A stretch of 64,000 bases of DNA from Dehalococcoidia bacterium (GTDB lineage Bacteria > Chloroflexota > Dehalococcoidia > Bin125). The notes under the pieces were generated by a model. The model searched no databases and was not told the DNA's origin. It saw only the letters and a program-made list of their open reading frames with translations. Made by a program: the position numbers and the translations under genes. Shown one piece after another: positions 19,824 through 29,515 of the stretch. The stretch covers positions 1,760,001-1,824,000 of the forward strand of contig CAXXSR010000001.1 of NCBI GenBank assembly GCA_963662615.2, given 5' to 3'. Numbering within the stretch: the first letter of the stretch is position 1; every line of letters starts with the position of its first letter.

Positions 19824-20669
19824 ATGGCGGCCGGCAGGCCGGCGGATGCAATCCTGAACGTGGCGAGCCGCCTTTTGCCGCCTCGATCATTGGCAGCCCG
19901 ATCGCGGCCGGCGCTCGCGGTCCTGCCCGTGATCGCCTTTGCCGCGATCGGCTTCGCGGCCTGGGAAGCCTATGTGCAGCTCAGCGACGTCCGGCCGCAG
20001 GTCTTGCCGGCGCCCAGCCGTGTCATCCGTGAGGGCTGGGAGTTTCGTGACCTCCTCTGGACCAACACGGCGCCCACCCTGATCGAGACCGGGATCGGGT
20101 TCGCCATCTCAATCGGCGCCGCGACGCTCTTCGCCGCCCTCATGGACTTCTCCGCGCCGGCCCGCCGCGCGCTTTATCCCACGCTGGTGGCGTCGCAGAC
20201 GCTTCCGCTCATCGTTCTCGCTCCCCTGATGATCATCTGGTTCGGCTTTGGCCTGACGCCCAAGATCCTCCTGGTCGTCCTCTTCACGTTTTTCCCCATC
20301 ACCGTGGGCTGGGTAGACGGGTTCAACTCCACGGAAACGGAGGCGACCAACCTGCTGCGTTCCATGGGCGCGAACCGCTGGCAGATCTTTTGGAAGCTGC
20401 GGCTGCCCAACGCCCTGCCCCGCTTCTTCTCGGGCTTGCGCATGGGGATCACCTATGCCATTGGCGGCGCGATCTTCGCGGAATACGCCGGCGCCCGGGA
20501 CGGGCTGGGAATCTTCATGCTGGAGCAGAAGAACGCCTTCCGCACCGACCTCGTCCTCGCCGCGGTCCTGGTGGCGGCCGCCTTCAGCATCGCCCTGTTT
20601 CTCTCCACGTACATCGTCGAGCGGATCGCGATCCCCTGGTACTTCGCCACCCGGCGCGCCCAGACATAG
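19824..20669 (+). CDS. thiX: ABC permease, NitT/TauT family
   Basis: LPAPS, SQTLP, IWFGFG, SMGANRWQIF and AEY motifs. Confidence 0.85.
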   Translation: MAAGRPADAILNVASRLLPPRSLAARSRPALAVLPVIAFAAIGFAAWEAYVQLSDVRPQVLPAPSRVIREGWEFRDLLWTNTAPTLIETGIGFAISIGAATLFAALMDFSAPARRALYPTLVASQTLPLIVLAPLMIIWFGFGLTPKILLVVLFTFFPITVGWVDGFNSTETEATNLLRSMGANRWQIFWKLRLPNALPRFFSGLRMGITYAIGGAIFAEYAGARDGLGIFMLEQKNAFRTDLVLAAVLVAAAFSIALFLSTYIVERIAIPWYFATRRAQT

Positions 20670-20676
20670 GCAAGCG

Positions 20677-21474
20677 ATGGCCGTCCCCAAGATCGAACTG
20701 CGCGGGCTCCGCAAGAGCTTCCCCACGAAGAATGGCTCGCTGCGCGTCCTCGCCGACGTGAACCTCTCCAGCGACGCAGCGGAATTCGTCAGCGTCATTG
20801 GGCCCAGCGGCTGCGGCAAGAGCACTATGTTCAACATCGTGGCCGGGCTGGAGCCCGCCGGCGGTGGCGACGTTCTGATCGACGGCGAGCCCGCGACCGG
20901 CCAAAAGCAGTTCTTCGCCTATATGCCACAGAAGGACCTCCTCTTCCCCTGGCGCACCGTGCTGGACAACACCACCTTGGGGCTGGAGATCCAGGGGCGG
21001 TCGAAGGCGGAGGCGCGTGCGCGTGTCGCACCGCTTGTCAAGACGTTCGGGCTTGCCGGCTTCAAAAGCGCCTATCCCCACGAGCTCTCCGGCGGGATGC
21101 GACAACGGGTGGCGCTCCTGCGGACGGTCGTACAGGAGCGCAGCGTCATCCTCCTGGACGAGCCGTTGGGCGCACTTGACTCGCTGACTCGCACGGAGAT
21201 GCAAGAGTGGCTGGGCGGGGTCTGGGAGCAATTCCGCTGGACGGTATTCCTGATCACGCACGACATTCGGGAGGCCGTGCTGCTCTCCGACCGCGTCTAC
21301 GTCCTGACCGCGCGCCCAGCGACGGTCAAAGCTGTTGTCCACGTGCCCATCCCGCGGCCTCGCTCCCTTGATGTCATCGGCACGCCGGAATTCCTGCAAC
21401 TGGAAGCCGCGCTTATGCGATCGCTCCACGAAGAGAGCGCGAACGCGCCGGCGCATCCCGCCCCCGGCGACTGA
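20677..21474 (+). CDS. thiZ: ABC ATP-binding protein, NitT/TauT family
   Basis: GPSGCGKST, YMPQKDLLFPW, LSGGMRQR, LLDEP and THDIREA motifs. Confidence 0.87.
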   Translation: MAVPKIELRGLRKSFPTKNGSLRVLADVNLSSDAAEFVSVIGPSGCGKSTMFNIVAGLEPAGGGDVLIDGEPATGQKQFFAYMPQKDLLFPWRTVLDNTTLGLEIQGRSKAEARARVAPLVKTFGLAGFKSAYPHELSGGMRQRVALLRTVVQERSVILLDEPLGALDSLTRTEMQEWLGGVWEQFRWTVFLITHDIREAVLLSDRVYVLTARPATVKAVVHVPIPRPRSLDVIGTPEFLQLEAALMRSLHEESANAPAHPAPGD

Positions 21475-21688
21475 GGCGAACTCCGCCGGCTCGCTCGGAT
21501 CGGAGCGGCAACGGCGTGACGTCGGAGGCCGTGACGGGCACAGCGCTCCTTGCCAGAGTGCTCATTGCCAAAGTCCCGGACGGCTTCCGTGCAGGCGTCG
21601 CGCGGGAGATCCGTTGCGCTAGAGGTCCGAACGCGCCTCAACTTACGCTCGCGGTCGCGAGCGCCGTCGCAGGGAGTGTTGAGACGTC

Positions 21689-22978
21689 TTAGAAATCGAG
21701 AGGCGCGGGCCTCGCCTTGTGTTGGAGGCCGCTGGGCCACCAGCGGTCCTCCCAGCCTTCGGCGTCCCAAACGTGGCGCAGGGAGGGAAGGACCTCACGC
21801 GCCGTCTTCTCAATGTTCGCGATGGCGAGCTCCTTGGGGATGCTTCCGAACTGATTGAGAATCATGAGGTGCCCCACGTGCAGGGAACGGATCACCGCCT
21901 CAAGCTGCTCGGTGACCTGCTTCGGCGTCCCCGAGACAACGTTCCCCTCGCGGATGAGATCCGCCCAGGTGACATCGGAGCCCTTCTTGCTCTGGGCGAA
22001 CTGTTTGGTGGTGCCGCGGTCGTCGAACTGCGGCGCATCGCCGAAGACCGGCTTCGCAGTCTGGCTGCTCCTGAATCCCTCCTCAATGGTGCGGACGGTC
22101 CGGTAGCCGGGTGGGTCGTAGTAGCGCGCGTCAATGTGGAGCATCTTGTTGTAGAAGTACTCCGCGTGCGGCCCGAACTTGTCGGCGACCTCCTGTTCAC
22201 TGTCCGCCACCGCCACCAACTGCAGGAAGCCGGCGTGGTAGGGATTGAGCGGCTTCTCCTTCTCCTGCATGATCTTCCAGAAGCCGTCCACGTTCCGCTG
22301 CCCCCGCTTGTAGCCGCCATAGGAGAGGTAGCAATAGACGTAGCCCTTGTCCGCGCACCACTCCCACGTCTCCACCGAACCTCCCCCGGGGATCCAGATG
22401 GGCGGATGCGGCTTCTGAAGCGGCCGGGGCCAGAGGTTCACGTAGCGCAGCTGGGTAAAGGCGCCGTTGTAGCTGAAAACCTCCGGCGTGGTCCAGGCCT
22501 TGATGATCAGGTCCTCCGCCTCGTAATACTTCTCGCGCAGCGTGGAGGGGTTGGTGCCGTAGCAGAAGACGTCGTCCATGGGCGACCCCACGGGAAAGCC
22601 CGCTACCAGGCGGCCCCCGCTGAGGCAGTCCAGCATGGCGAACTCTTCAGCCACGCGGATGGGCGGGTTGTAGAGCGGCAGCGAGTTGCCCATCACAACG
22701 ACCGCCACGTCGCGCGTCCGGCGCGTCAGCGTGGCCGCCATCAGGTTCGGCGACGGCATCAGGCCGTAGCCGTTCTGGTGGTGCTCGTTCACGCAGACGC
22801 CGTCGTAGCCGGCCGCCGCCGCCGCTTCCAGTTCATCCAGGGCGTCGTTGTACATCTGGTGCGCCTTGGCCGGGTCGAACAGCTCGCTGGGGATGTCCAC
22901 CCAGACGCTGGGGTAGCGCTCGGGAAAGTCCGGCGGCAGGTCCCGGTACGGCATCAGGTGGAAGAATTCGAACTTCAT
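21689..22978 (-). CDS. LLM-class (luciferase-like) flavin-dependent oxidoreductase
   Basis: FHLMPY, NEHHQ, PSPNL, PIRVAEEFAMLD and PRPLQKPHPPIWIPG motifs; start ATG 22978. Confidence 0.93.
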   Translation of the reverse strand: MKFEFFHLMPYRDLPPDFPERYPSVWVDIPSELFDPAKAHQMYNDALDELEAAAAAGYDGVCVNEHHQNGYGLMPSPNLMAATLTRRTRDVAVVVMGNSLPLYNPPIRVAEEFAMLDCLSGGRLVAGFPVGSPMDDVFCYGTNPSTLREKYYEAEDLIIKAWTTPEVFSYNGAFTQLRYVNLWPRPLQKPHPPIWIPGGGSVETWEWCADKGYVYCYLSYGGYKRGQRNVDGFWKIMQEKEKPLNPYHAGFLQLVAVADSEQEVADKFGPHAEYFYNKMLHIDARYYDPPGYRTVRTIEEGFRSSQTAKPVFGDAPQFDDRGTTKQFAQSKKGSDVTWADLIREGNVVSGTPKQVTEQLEAVIRSLHVGHLMILNQFGSIPKELAIANIEKTAREVLPSLRHVWDAEGWEDRWWPSGLQHKARPAPLDF

Positions 22979-23204
22979 GCGCCCTCTTTCGCGCTCCCTC
23001 AGCGGCCGCTGCGATGCCCACCATGTGCTCGAGGTTCGGTGCACACGCGCGGCCCCCAGCGTCAACGTCGAATGCTAGGGACGCCTCTAGGGGGTGTCAA
23101 TTTCGCGATTGGTGTCACGCCGCACGACCCGAGTCGGTACCGCGTCCACAGCGGCACGGCCCGGACTCCACGACGCCACGCTCGCCGCGACGGCGACATC
23201 ACCC

Positions 23205-24494
23205 TCAGCCGGCCGCCGAGTGCATCGGCGGGGCCACCTGGAGCACCGTCCCCCGCCGGTACAGAGCCTGAAGCTCGCGCGCTCCGAGTGACCACGCGAT
23301 GAGCAGGGCGATGAAGAGGACCGCTGGGCCGATGAGGAGGATGCGCACGCTGATCACGTCGCTCGCCGTCCCGTTGGCCAGGATCATGATCGCCATGACG
23401 CCGCCGGCGAACAGGGCAGCGAGGCTCATGACGCGACCGCGAATCTCGTCCGGCACCACCGACTGAATAAAGGTGAACGCCAGCGTCATGAACATCGCCT
23501 GTGCGGCGCCCGCGATCGCAGCCCCGGCAACGGCGGTGGCCACATTGGCGCCGAGTCCGAGCACGACGACTCCGACCCCGGAGAGCAGACCACTGCCAAG
23601 AAAGAGCGCGCCCCGCTGCTGGGAGTTGCTCACGATGGCGAGGGCGAGCGTACCGGCCAACGCGCCCCCTCCCAGCCCCATCAGGAGCGCGCCGAAGAGA
23701 CCGCTGCCGCCATCCAGCTCGCGCTTGGCGAAGATCGGGAGCATGGCGTCGATCGACATGGTGAGCATGCAGTGCAGCGTCACCAGCGCCATCACCATCC
23801 GCACCTGCCGGTGGCCGCCAACGTAGCGCAGCGCCTCCTTCACGTGGGCGCCGGCCTCCAGCACAAGATCGCGACCGCTCCCTTCAATTCCACCCGTCGA
23901 GCGAACACGCACGCGCGAGTTCCAGAACGCCGCCAGCAGGGAAAAGCCGGCCGCCATCACGAAGATCCACCCCGGCCCCAGGTTGCTGAGCATGGGCGTG
24001 GCGGCCACCGGCCCGATCAGGCGCGACCCGTAGCGGGCCAGCGAGGCGAGGGCGATGGCGTTGAGCAACTCGTTCTTGCCCACCGTGTTCGGCAGCAGTG
24101 CCTGTTGGGTTGGCGTTTCCACGGACCAGACCAACCCGCCCGCGAACGCGAACAGCACCAGCTGCCAGACCTGGACGACGTCGGCGAGGGCGAGCCCGGC
24201 CAAGCCCAGCGCGAGCAGCGCCTGGACCGCGCCCGCGTAGACCAGCACACGGGCGCGGTCGAAGCGGTCCGCGAGGGCGCCGCCAATGGGGGCAAGCATC
24301 CACGGCGCCATCGCCGCGAAGGTGACCACGCCGACTGCGAAGCCGCTGTCCGAGACGTCAAGCGCGATCCAGGCGCGGGCCATGAGGAGCGACCAGAAGG
24401 CGACCGCTGAGGCGGTGGCTCCCAGCCACGCCCGGCGATAGTCGCGGTGCCCCAGGGCCGGAAAACGGACCGCGCGGAGACGGGGCTCATCCAT
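23205..24494 (-). CDS. MFS transporter
   Basis: GGALADRFDR motif A, RGRVMS, about 12 TM segments. Confidence 0.92.
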   Translation of the reverse strand: MDEPRLRAVRFPALGHRDYRRAWLGATASAVAFWSLLMARAWIALDVSDSGFAVGVVTFAAMAPWMLAPIGGALADRFDRARVLVYAGAVQALLALGLAGLALADVVQVWQLVLFAFAGGLVWSVETPTQQALLPNTVGKNELLNAIALASLARYGSRLIGPVAATPMLSNLGPGWIFVMAAGFSLLAAFWNSRVRVRSTGGIEGSGRDLVLEAGAHVKEALRYVGGHRQVRMVMALVTLHCMLTMSIDAMLPIFAKRELDGGSGLFGALLMGLGGGALAGTLALAIVSNSQQRGALFLGSGLLSGVGVVVLGLGANVATAVAGAAIAGAAQAMFMTLAFTFIQSVVPDEIRGRVMSLAALFAGGVMAIMILANGTASDVISVRILLIGPAVLFIALLIAWSLGARELQALYRRGTVLQVAPPMHSAAG

Positions 24495-24587
24495 CGCTGC
24501 TGATTATAGGGAGCCCCGGGCGGCCAGAGCTGTCGGCGAGAGGCAACAGTCGCAGCACGGTCAACGTCTCCGGGGAGCGCGCGGTCG

Positions 24588-24647
24588 TAGAATGGGGCGG
24601 AACTTTAGGCGCTGCTGTGCCGTTCGGATGCAGAGAGAGTCTTGACC
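24588..24647 (+). promoter_or_regulatory. -10 box TAGAAT plus 54-nt leader conserved with the paralog at 60587-60646
   Basis: TAGAAT at 24588-24593, 54 nt before ATG 24648; same spacing and similar leader at the paralog. Confidence 0.6.
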
Positions 24648-25944
24648 ATGTGCGTCGCTTTGCGGAGGCGAGCGATCGTGTTCGGGCTGCTGTCCTTCGC
24701 GGCCCTGGCGGCGATTGCGGCGCTATTCGCCCCCGCGAACGCAAACGCCGTCGAGGTATCGTATACCGTCACGCAGATCCTGGATGCCAGCGGTGATGGG
24801 ACCCACCCGCTCGATTATCCGATCGACATCGCCATCGATAGGGACGGGAACGTCTACGTGGCGGGGCTTGAGAGCCACAACGTTTTTTCGAGTCACTCCA
24901 GCCGGCGCGATCACCCAGATCCTGGACAGCTCCGGCGATGGCGTTCACGAGCTCAGTGGCCCCAGCGGCATCGCTGTCGATTCAGAAGGCAATGTCTATG
25001 TGACCGGGCAAGAGAGCCACAACGCGTTCCGGATCGCGCCCGATGGCTCGAGCTCACAAATCATCGATCAGACCGGCGACGGGGTTCACCGGCTCGTCCA
25101 CCCGAATGACATCGCTGTTGATGAGGCTGGAACCGTATACGTGGCGGGGCTCACGAGCGACAACCTCTTCCGCATCACGCCCACCGGCGAGATCACCGAG
25201 ATCTTCACGGCGAGGGAACCGTTCGAGGCAGTCGGATTCATCGATCTCGCCGTGCAAGCCAACGGCACCTCCTATATCGCCCAGCGATTCAGCGACAAGG
25301 CCTTCCGTGTCGCCCCGGACGGCGCCGTCACCACGGTGCTCGACGCGCGGGGTGATGGCGTTCAACCTCTCGAATGGCCCAACAGCGTCGCCGTCGATAA
25401 CGCCGGGAACCTCTACGTAGCCGGGCTGGTCAGCCGCAATCTGTTCCGGGTCACGCCGGACGGCGAAGTCCGCGTGATCTTCGACCTCCGGAGCGAGGGC
25501 ACGGATCATACCGATCGCCTCTCCGAAGTCGCCGTGGACGGTGCCGGCAACGTCTTCGTACTCGCGGAGGTACGGGACCGAGTCTACCGGGTGGGTCCAG
25601 ACGGAAGGTCGAGCGTCATCTTGAACGCCAGCGGAGACGGCGTTCATCCGCTAGGATTCCCGGTCGAGCTTGCCGTGGGCGCAGATGGAAGCGTCTACAT
25701 TGCCGGCGCTGTCAGCGACAACGTCTTCAAGCTCACGCCGGCGGTCGGCGCGCCCAGTGAGCTGCCGGCCACGGGCAGCGGCGGGGTGGCAGATGCCGGC
25801 GGGGGAGCGCACCCCGTCTGGATTTGGGCGCTGATCGCGTCGGTTGCGGTGTTCATCGTCGCTGCGGGCGCCCGCAGCAGATGCGGCGGGGGGAGCGAGC
25901 AGAACGGTGAAGCTACGGTCCTACCAGTTTTGAGGCACGAATAA
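24648..25944 (+). pseudogene. Secreted 7-bladed NHL/SBBP-like beta-propeller with LPATG-TM tail, frameshifted at a T6 run
   Basis: Signal peptide and blade 1 lie in the frame of ORF 24642; blades 2-7 and the tail lie in the frame of ORF 24715; removing one T at 24883-24888 restores HNVFRVTP. Confidence 0.85.
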
Positions 25945-26017
25945 TACGTCCGTTCGGATTTCGATCCGAACGAATGGTCGTCGCGCCTGTGATCAGTGCT
26001 CAACGAGAACGGACGTA
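25945..26017. repeat. 11-bp inverted repeat enclosing a UUCG hairpin
   Basis: TACGTCCGTTC (25945-25955) and GAACGGACGTA (26007-26017); CGTTCGGAT-TTCG-ATCCGAACG at 25951-25972. Confidence 0.6.
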
Positions 26018-26119
26018 GGATTGGTGCCCCACAGGGCTCATTTCAGAGCGCGTTGATCTATCCTCTGCCCGTCGTGCAGCGGGCAGTGCCTGCGCGGCGC
26101 ACCGCGGTGGGGAGGGATC

Positions 26120-27154
26120 ATGGCCACACGAATCGGCATCATTGGCGCCGGCGCGATCGGCTCACTGGTGGGCGGGATGCTCACCAAGGCGGGGCGCGAC
26201 GTCACCCTGGTGGACGCCTGGCCGGCGCACGTCGAGAAGATGAAGCGCGACGGCCTCCACATCTCCGGGACGAGGGGCGACCTCACCGTGCCCGTGCGGG
26301 CGTTGCACATCGGCGAGCTGCAGGGCGTCACTGAGCCGTTCACGCTGGCGTTCGTGGCCGTCAAGTCGTACGACACGGACTGGGCCACGACGCTGATCGC
26401 CCCCTTCGTCGCCGCGGACGGGGCCGTGGTGTGCGCGCAGAACGGGATCAACGACGATCGCGTAGCCGCCATCGCGGGGGATGAGCGCACGCTGGGCTGC
26501 GTGATCCTGGTGGGCGGCGAGCTGAAGGGGCCGGGGCACGTGGTGCGGACGACCGCCGCGGACGCGCCGGCCTTTCGCGTAGGCGAGCTGGACGGCAAGG
26601 AGACAGCGCGCGCCGGCGAGATCGCGACGATCCTCAGCGACGTCGGCGGGACGGACGTGACAACCAACCTCTCGGGGGAGCGCTGGGCGAAGCTCACCAC
26701 GAACTGCATGGTCAACGCCGTGGCCGGGCTGACCGGCTACGGTTCGGCGGAGCTGCGCCAGGTGGAGGTGACGCGGCGGGTCAGCATCCAGATCGGCGCC
26801 GAGGTGATCCGCGTGGCGGGCGCGCTGGGCCACCAGATCGAAGCGGTCTCGGGCATCGACTCCGCTCAGATCGTGGACGCCGCCGCAGGCCGCAACCTGG
26901 CGACCGTGGAGGCGCAAATGGTCGCGCACACCGCCACGGTCGGCGAGGGACTCCCTTCGCTCCTCCAGGACGTGCTCCGGCGCCGCCGCACCGAGATCGA
27001 TTACCTCAACGGCTACGTCGTGGAGCGGGGCCGTAAGGTCGGCGTCCCGACGCCGTTCAACGATGCTGTCGTGGCCGCCGTGCACGCCTTCGTGGTGGGG
27101 GCGATGACGCCCAACCCCACGAACCTGGACTCCGTGGCCGCGCTGCTCGCCTGA
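26120..27154 (+). CDS. Ketopantoate reductase (ApbA/PanE) family protein
   Basis: GAGAIG, VKSYDT, QNG, RWAKL, SLLQD and TEIDYLNG motifs. Confidence 0.9.
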   Translation: MATRIGIIGAGAIGSLVGGMLTKAGRDVTLVDAWPAHVEKMKRDGLHISGTRGDLTVPVRALHIGELQGVTEPFTLAFVAVKSYDTDWATTLIAPFVAADGAVVCAQNGINDDRVAAIAGDERTLGCVILVGGELKGPGHVVRTTAADAPAFRVGELDGKETARAGEIATILSDVGGTDVTTNLSGERWAKLTTNCMVNAVAGLTGYGSAELRQVEVTRRVSIQIGAEVIRVAGALGHQIEAVSGIDSAQIVDAAAGRNLATVEAQMVAHTATVGEGLPSLLQDVLRRRRTEIDYLNGYVVERGRKVGVPTPFNDAVVAAVHAFVVGAMTPNPTNLDSVAALLA

Positions 27155-27336
27155 GGCGCCGGCTCAGGCGCCGCAGACCAGGCCGCGGCCTTCGCCGCGT
27201 CATAGGTTGCGGAGTAGCGGCGCGCCATCGCCGACGTCGAGTGGCCTAGACGTTTGCAGTCCCGCAGCTTCCCTCCTTTTACATCGCCAGCGAGAAGGAA
27301 CGCACGCCTCTTTGGAGATTCCTCTACTGTCGATGC

Positions 27337-28596
27337 ATGGCCTGGGCGCAGGAAACCTTTGCGGCGTTCGAAAGCCGGCCCTATCGCTTGCTGTGGTCCA
27401 GCGGCCTGTTGGCGACCACGGCCTTCATGATGTCGTTCATGCTCATGCCGGCCGTTGCCTACGAGATCACCGGCAACAACACGGACGCAGGGATCGCCAC
27501 GATGGGGTCAGGGGTTGGCATGTTCCTGATCTCGCCGATCGGCGGGGTGATCGCCGATCGCGTTCACAAGAAGCCGCTCATCATCGCGGGGCAGACCGTC
27601 CCAGGACTGGTCATCCTGGTCCTTGGGCTGCTCATCGTCACCGACCAGATCTCGATTCTGTCTCTCACGCTGGGCGCCTTGATCATGGGGGTTGCCTTCG
27701 CCTTCCTGGGGCCGGCACGCCGGGCTTGGGTCGCGGAGCTGGTTCCAGGCCGGCTGCTTGCGAGCGCCGTTGCCCACCAGCAGATCGCCATCACCGCCGC
27801 GCTGGTGGTGGCCCCGCTCCTGATCGCGATCCTGGTCAGTTCGTCGGTCGGAGTCGGCGGGACGTACCTCGTCATGGCGTCCCTGTTCCTCCTGATCCTC
27901 CCGCTGACCCACCGTTTGCCCAATACGCCACCTCCGGTACCGGCAGAGGGACGTCGATCTATCCGCCTGGAAATGTCCGAGGGAGCCCGCTACGTGCTGG
28001 GCGATCCCCGACTGCGACTCCTCTGGGCGGCATTCATGGCCCTGATCATTTGCGGCTTTGCCTTCCAGACGCTGCTGCCCGGCCTGCTCGACCGGGAGCT
28101 GGGTCGCGAGCCGACCGATATCGGCTTGATCTTCCTTGTCTTCGCGATCGCCGGTTTGATCGGAAACCTGCCGCTCGCTCGTCTCGTGCACACGCCGCTG
28201 GCATGGCCTGGCATGCTCGTCATGGGCAGCGTGATGGCCGGCGGATTCGGGTTGCTGGCCGCGTCCACAACGTACGAGTTCGCGCTGATCTGCGCGATCC
28301 CGCTCGGGCTTGGGCGCTCCGGCTTCATGCTCCTCAACCAAACGCTCCTCATGTTGAGCATCAGTCCGGCCTTCTACGGACGCGTCATGTCATTCGCGGT
28401 CATGGCCTTTGGCATGCAGGCGCTCTTGGCGCCTGTCTGGGGCGCCCTCGCCGATTCCATCGGGATGCGAGAAACGCTCTCGATAGTGGGGGGTGTCGCG
28501 GCCGTTGCCGTCCTGCTCACAGCCCTCGCCTGGCTTCGAATTCGGACCTTGCCGCGATCGACACTCGTACCGGTGACGGCGGACGCCTCCGGCTAG
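27337..28596 (+). CDS. MFS transporter
   Basis: GGVIADRVHKK, YGRVMS, about 12 TM segments. Confidence 0.92.
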   Translation: MAWAQETFAAFESRPYRLLWSSGLLATTAFMMSFMLMPAVAYEITGNNTDAGIATMGSGVGMFLISPIGGVIADRVHKKPLIIAGQTVPGLVILVLGLLIVTDQISILSLTLGALIMGVAFAFLGPARRAWVAELVPGRLLASAVAHQQIAITAALVVAPLLIAILVSSSVGVGGTYLVMASLFLLILPLTHRLPNTPPPVPAEGRRSIRLEMSEGARYVLGDPRLRLLWAAFMALIICGFAFQTLLPGLLDRELGREPTDIGLIFLVFAIAGLIGNLPLARLVHTPLAWPGMLVMGSVMAGGFGLLAASTTYEFALICAIPLGLGRSGFMLLNQTLLMLSISPAFYGRVMSFAVMAFGMQALLAPVWGALADSIGMRETLSIVGGVAAVAVLLTALAWLRIRTLPRSTLVPVTADASG

Positions 28597-28675
28597 TCCA
28601 CCGGCGCGGTGCCCCCAACGGGGCGAAGGACAGGACCATTCGAAGTCGTACTCGCCCTCGCCTGACGACGCCCCG

Positions 28676-29515
28676 CTAGGAACGCATCTCCGTGCGGTCA
28701 ACGCCTTGGTAGAGCGCGCTGATTTGCCGTTCCACCGCCGCCTTGTGCGCGGCCACGGCGGCGGCGTCCATGTCCGTCTGCGGATCCCCCTCCGCCAGGA
28801 AGTGGCGTTCGTCATCGCGGCCCCGCACCAGCATGGCGGAGTCCTGCACCTTGTGCTGCTGCACAGTGGTGGGGATATAGCGAATCGCGAGCCCTATGCG
28901 GCGGTGGGCCGTGGTGTTGGGCTTGGAGCCGTGCACCAAGCGGACATGGTGCAGCGAGAATTCGCCGGCCTCCAAGGGGATGTTGACGCCGTCGGCGTCG
29001 TCGACGTCCACCTGGACCTCCTGGCCGCGGGTCAAGAGATTGTCCTCGTGGAACGTGTCCTTGTGGGCGATCTGCCCCCTCGTGTGACTGCCCGGCAGGA
29101 ACTTCATGGCGCCGCTCTGCACCGGCGCGTCCGAGAAGGCAAACCAGGCAGTGATGACGTCCGGGGGCTCCAGCCCCCAGTAGGTCGAGTCCTGGTGCCA
29201 GGAGACGAAGCCCGGATCGTGCGCCTCCTTGATGAAGAAGCTCGTCGTCCAGCAGAGGATGTTGGGGCCGATCACCGGCTCCACAGCATCCAGAATGGTC
29301 GGGTGGCGCACCAGCTCGTTCGCCCAGGTGAAGAGCAGGTGGACCTTGTGGCGCAGGTTGCTTTGGATGGGGCCGCCGACGGTCGCTTCGTACGCTTCCA
29401 GCTGAGCGAGATAGGCCAGCGCCTGCTCCCGCGGCGTGGCTCGCAGGGGGAAGACGTAGCCGTCCCTCTGGTAGCGCTCCTTGATCGTGGCGGCGTCGAT
29501 CGTGGCGACAGTCAT
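28676..29515 (-). CDS. Phytanoyl-CoA dioxygenase (PhyH) family Fe(II)/2-oxoglutarate oxygenase
   Basis: WHQDSTYW (HxD), LPGSH, HGS and RRIGLAIRY motifs. Confidence 0.92.
   Translation of the reverse strand: MTVATIDAATIKERYQRDGYVFPLRATPREQALAYLAQLEAYEATVGGPIQSNLRHKVHLLFTWANELVRHPTILDAVEPVIGPNILCWTTSFFIKEAHDPGFVSWHQDSTYWGLEPPDVITAWFAFSDAPVQSGAMKFLPGSHTRGQIAHKDTFHEDNLLTRGQEVQVDVDDADGVNIPLEAGEFSLHHVRLVHGSKPNTTAHRRIGLAIRYIPTTVQQHKVQDSAMLVRGRDDERHFLAEGDPQTDMDAAAVAAHKAAVERQISALYQGVDRTEMRS

Noticed and set aside
28676-29515. Possible SyrB2-like halogenase
   Set aside because: The facial triad is HQD, not HxA/G, so hydroxylase-type.
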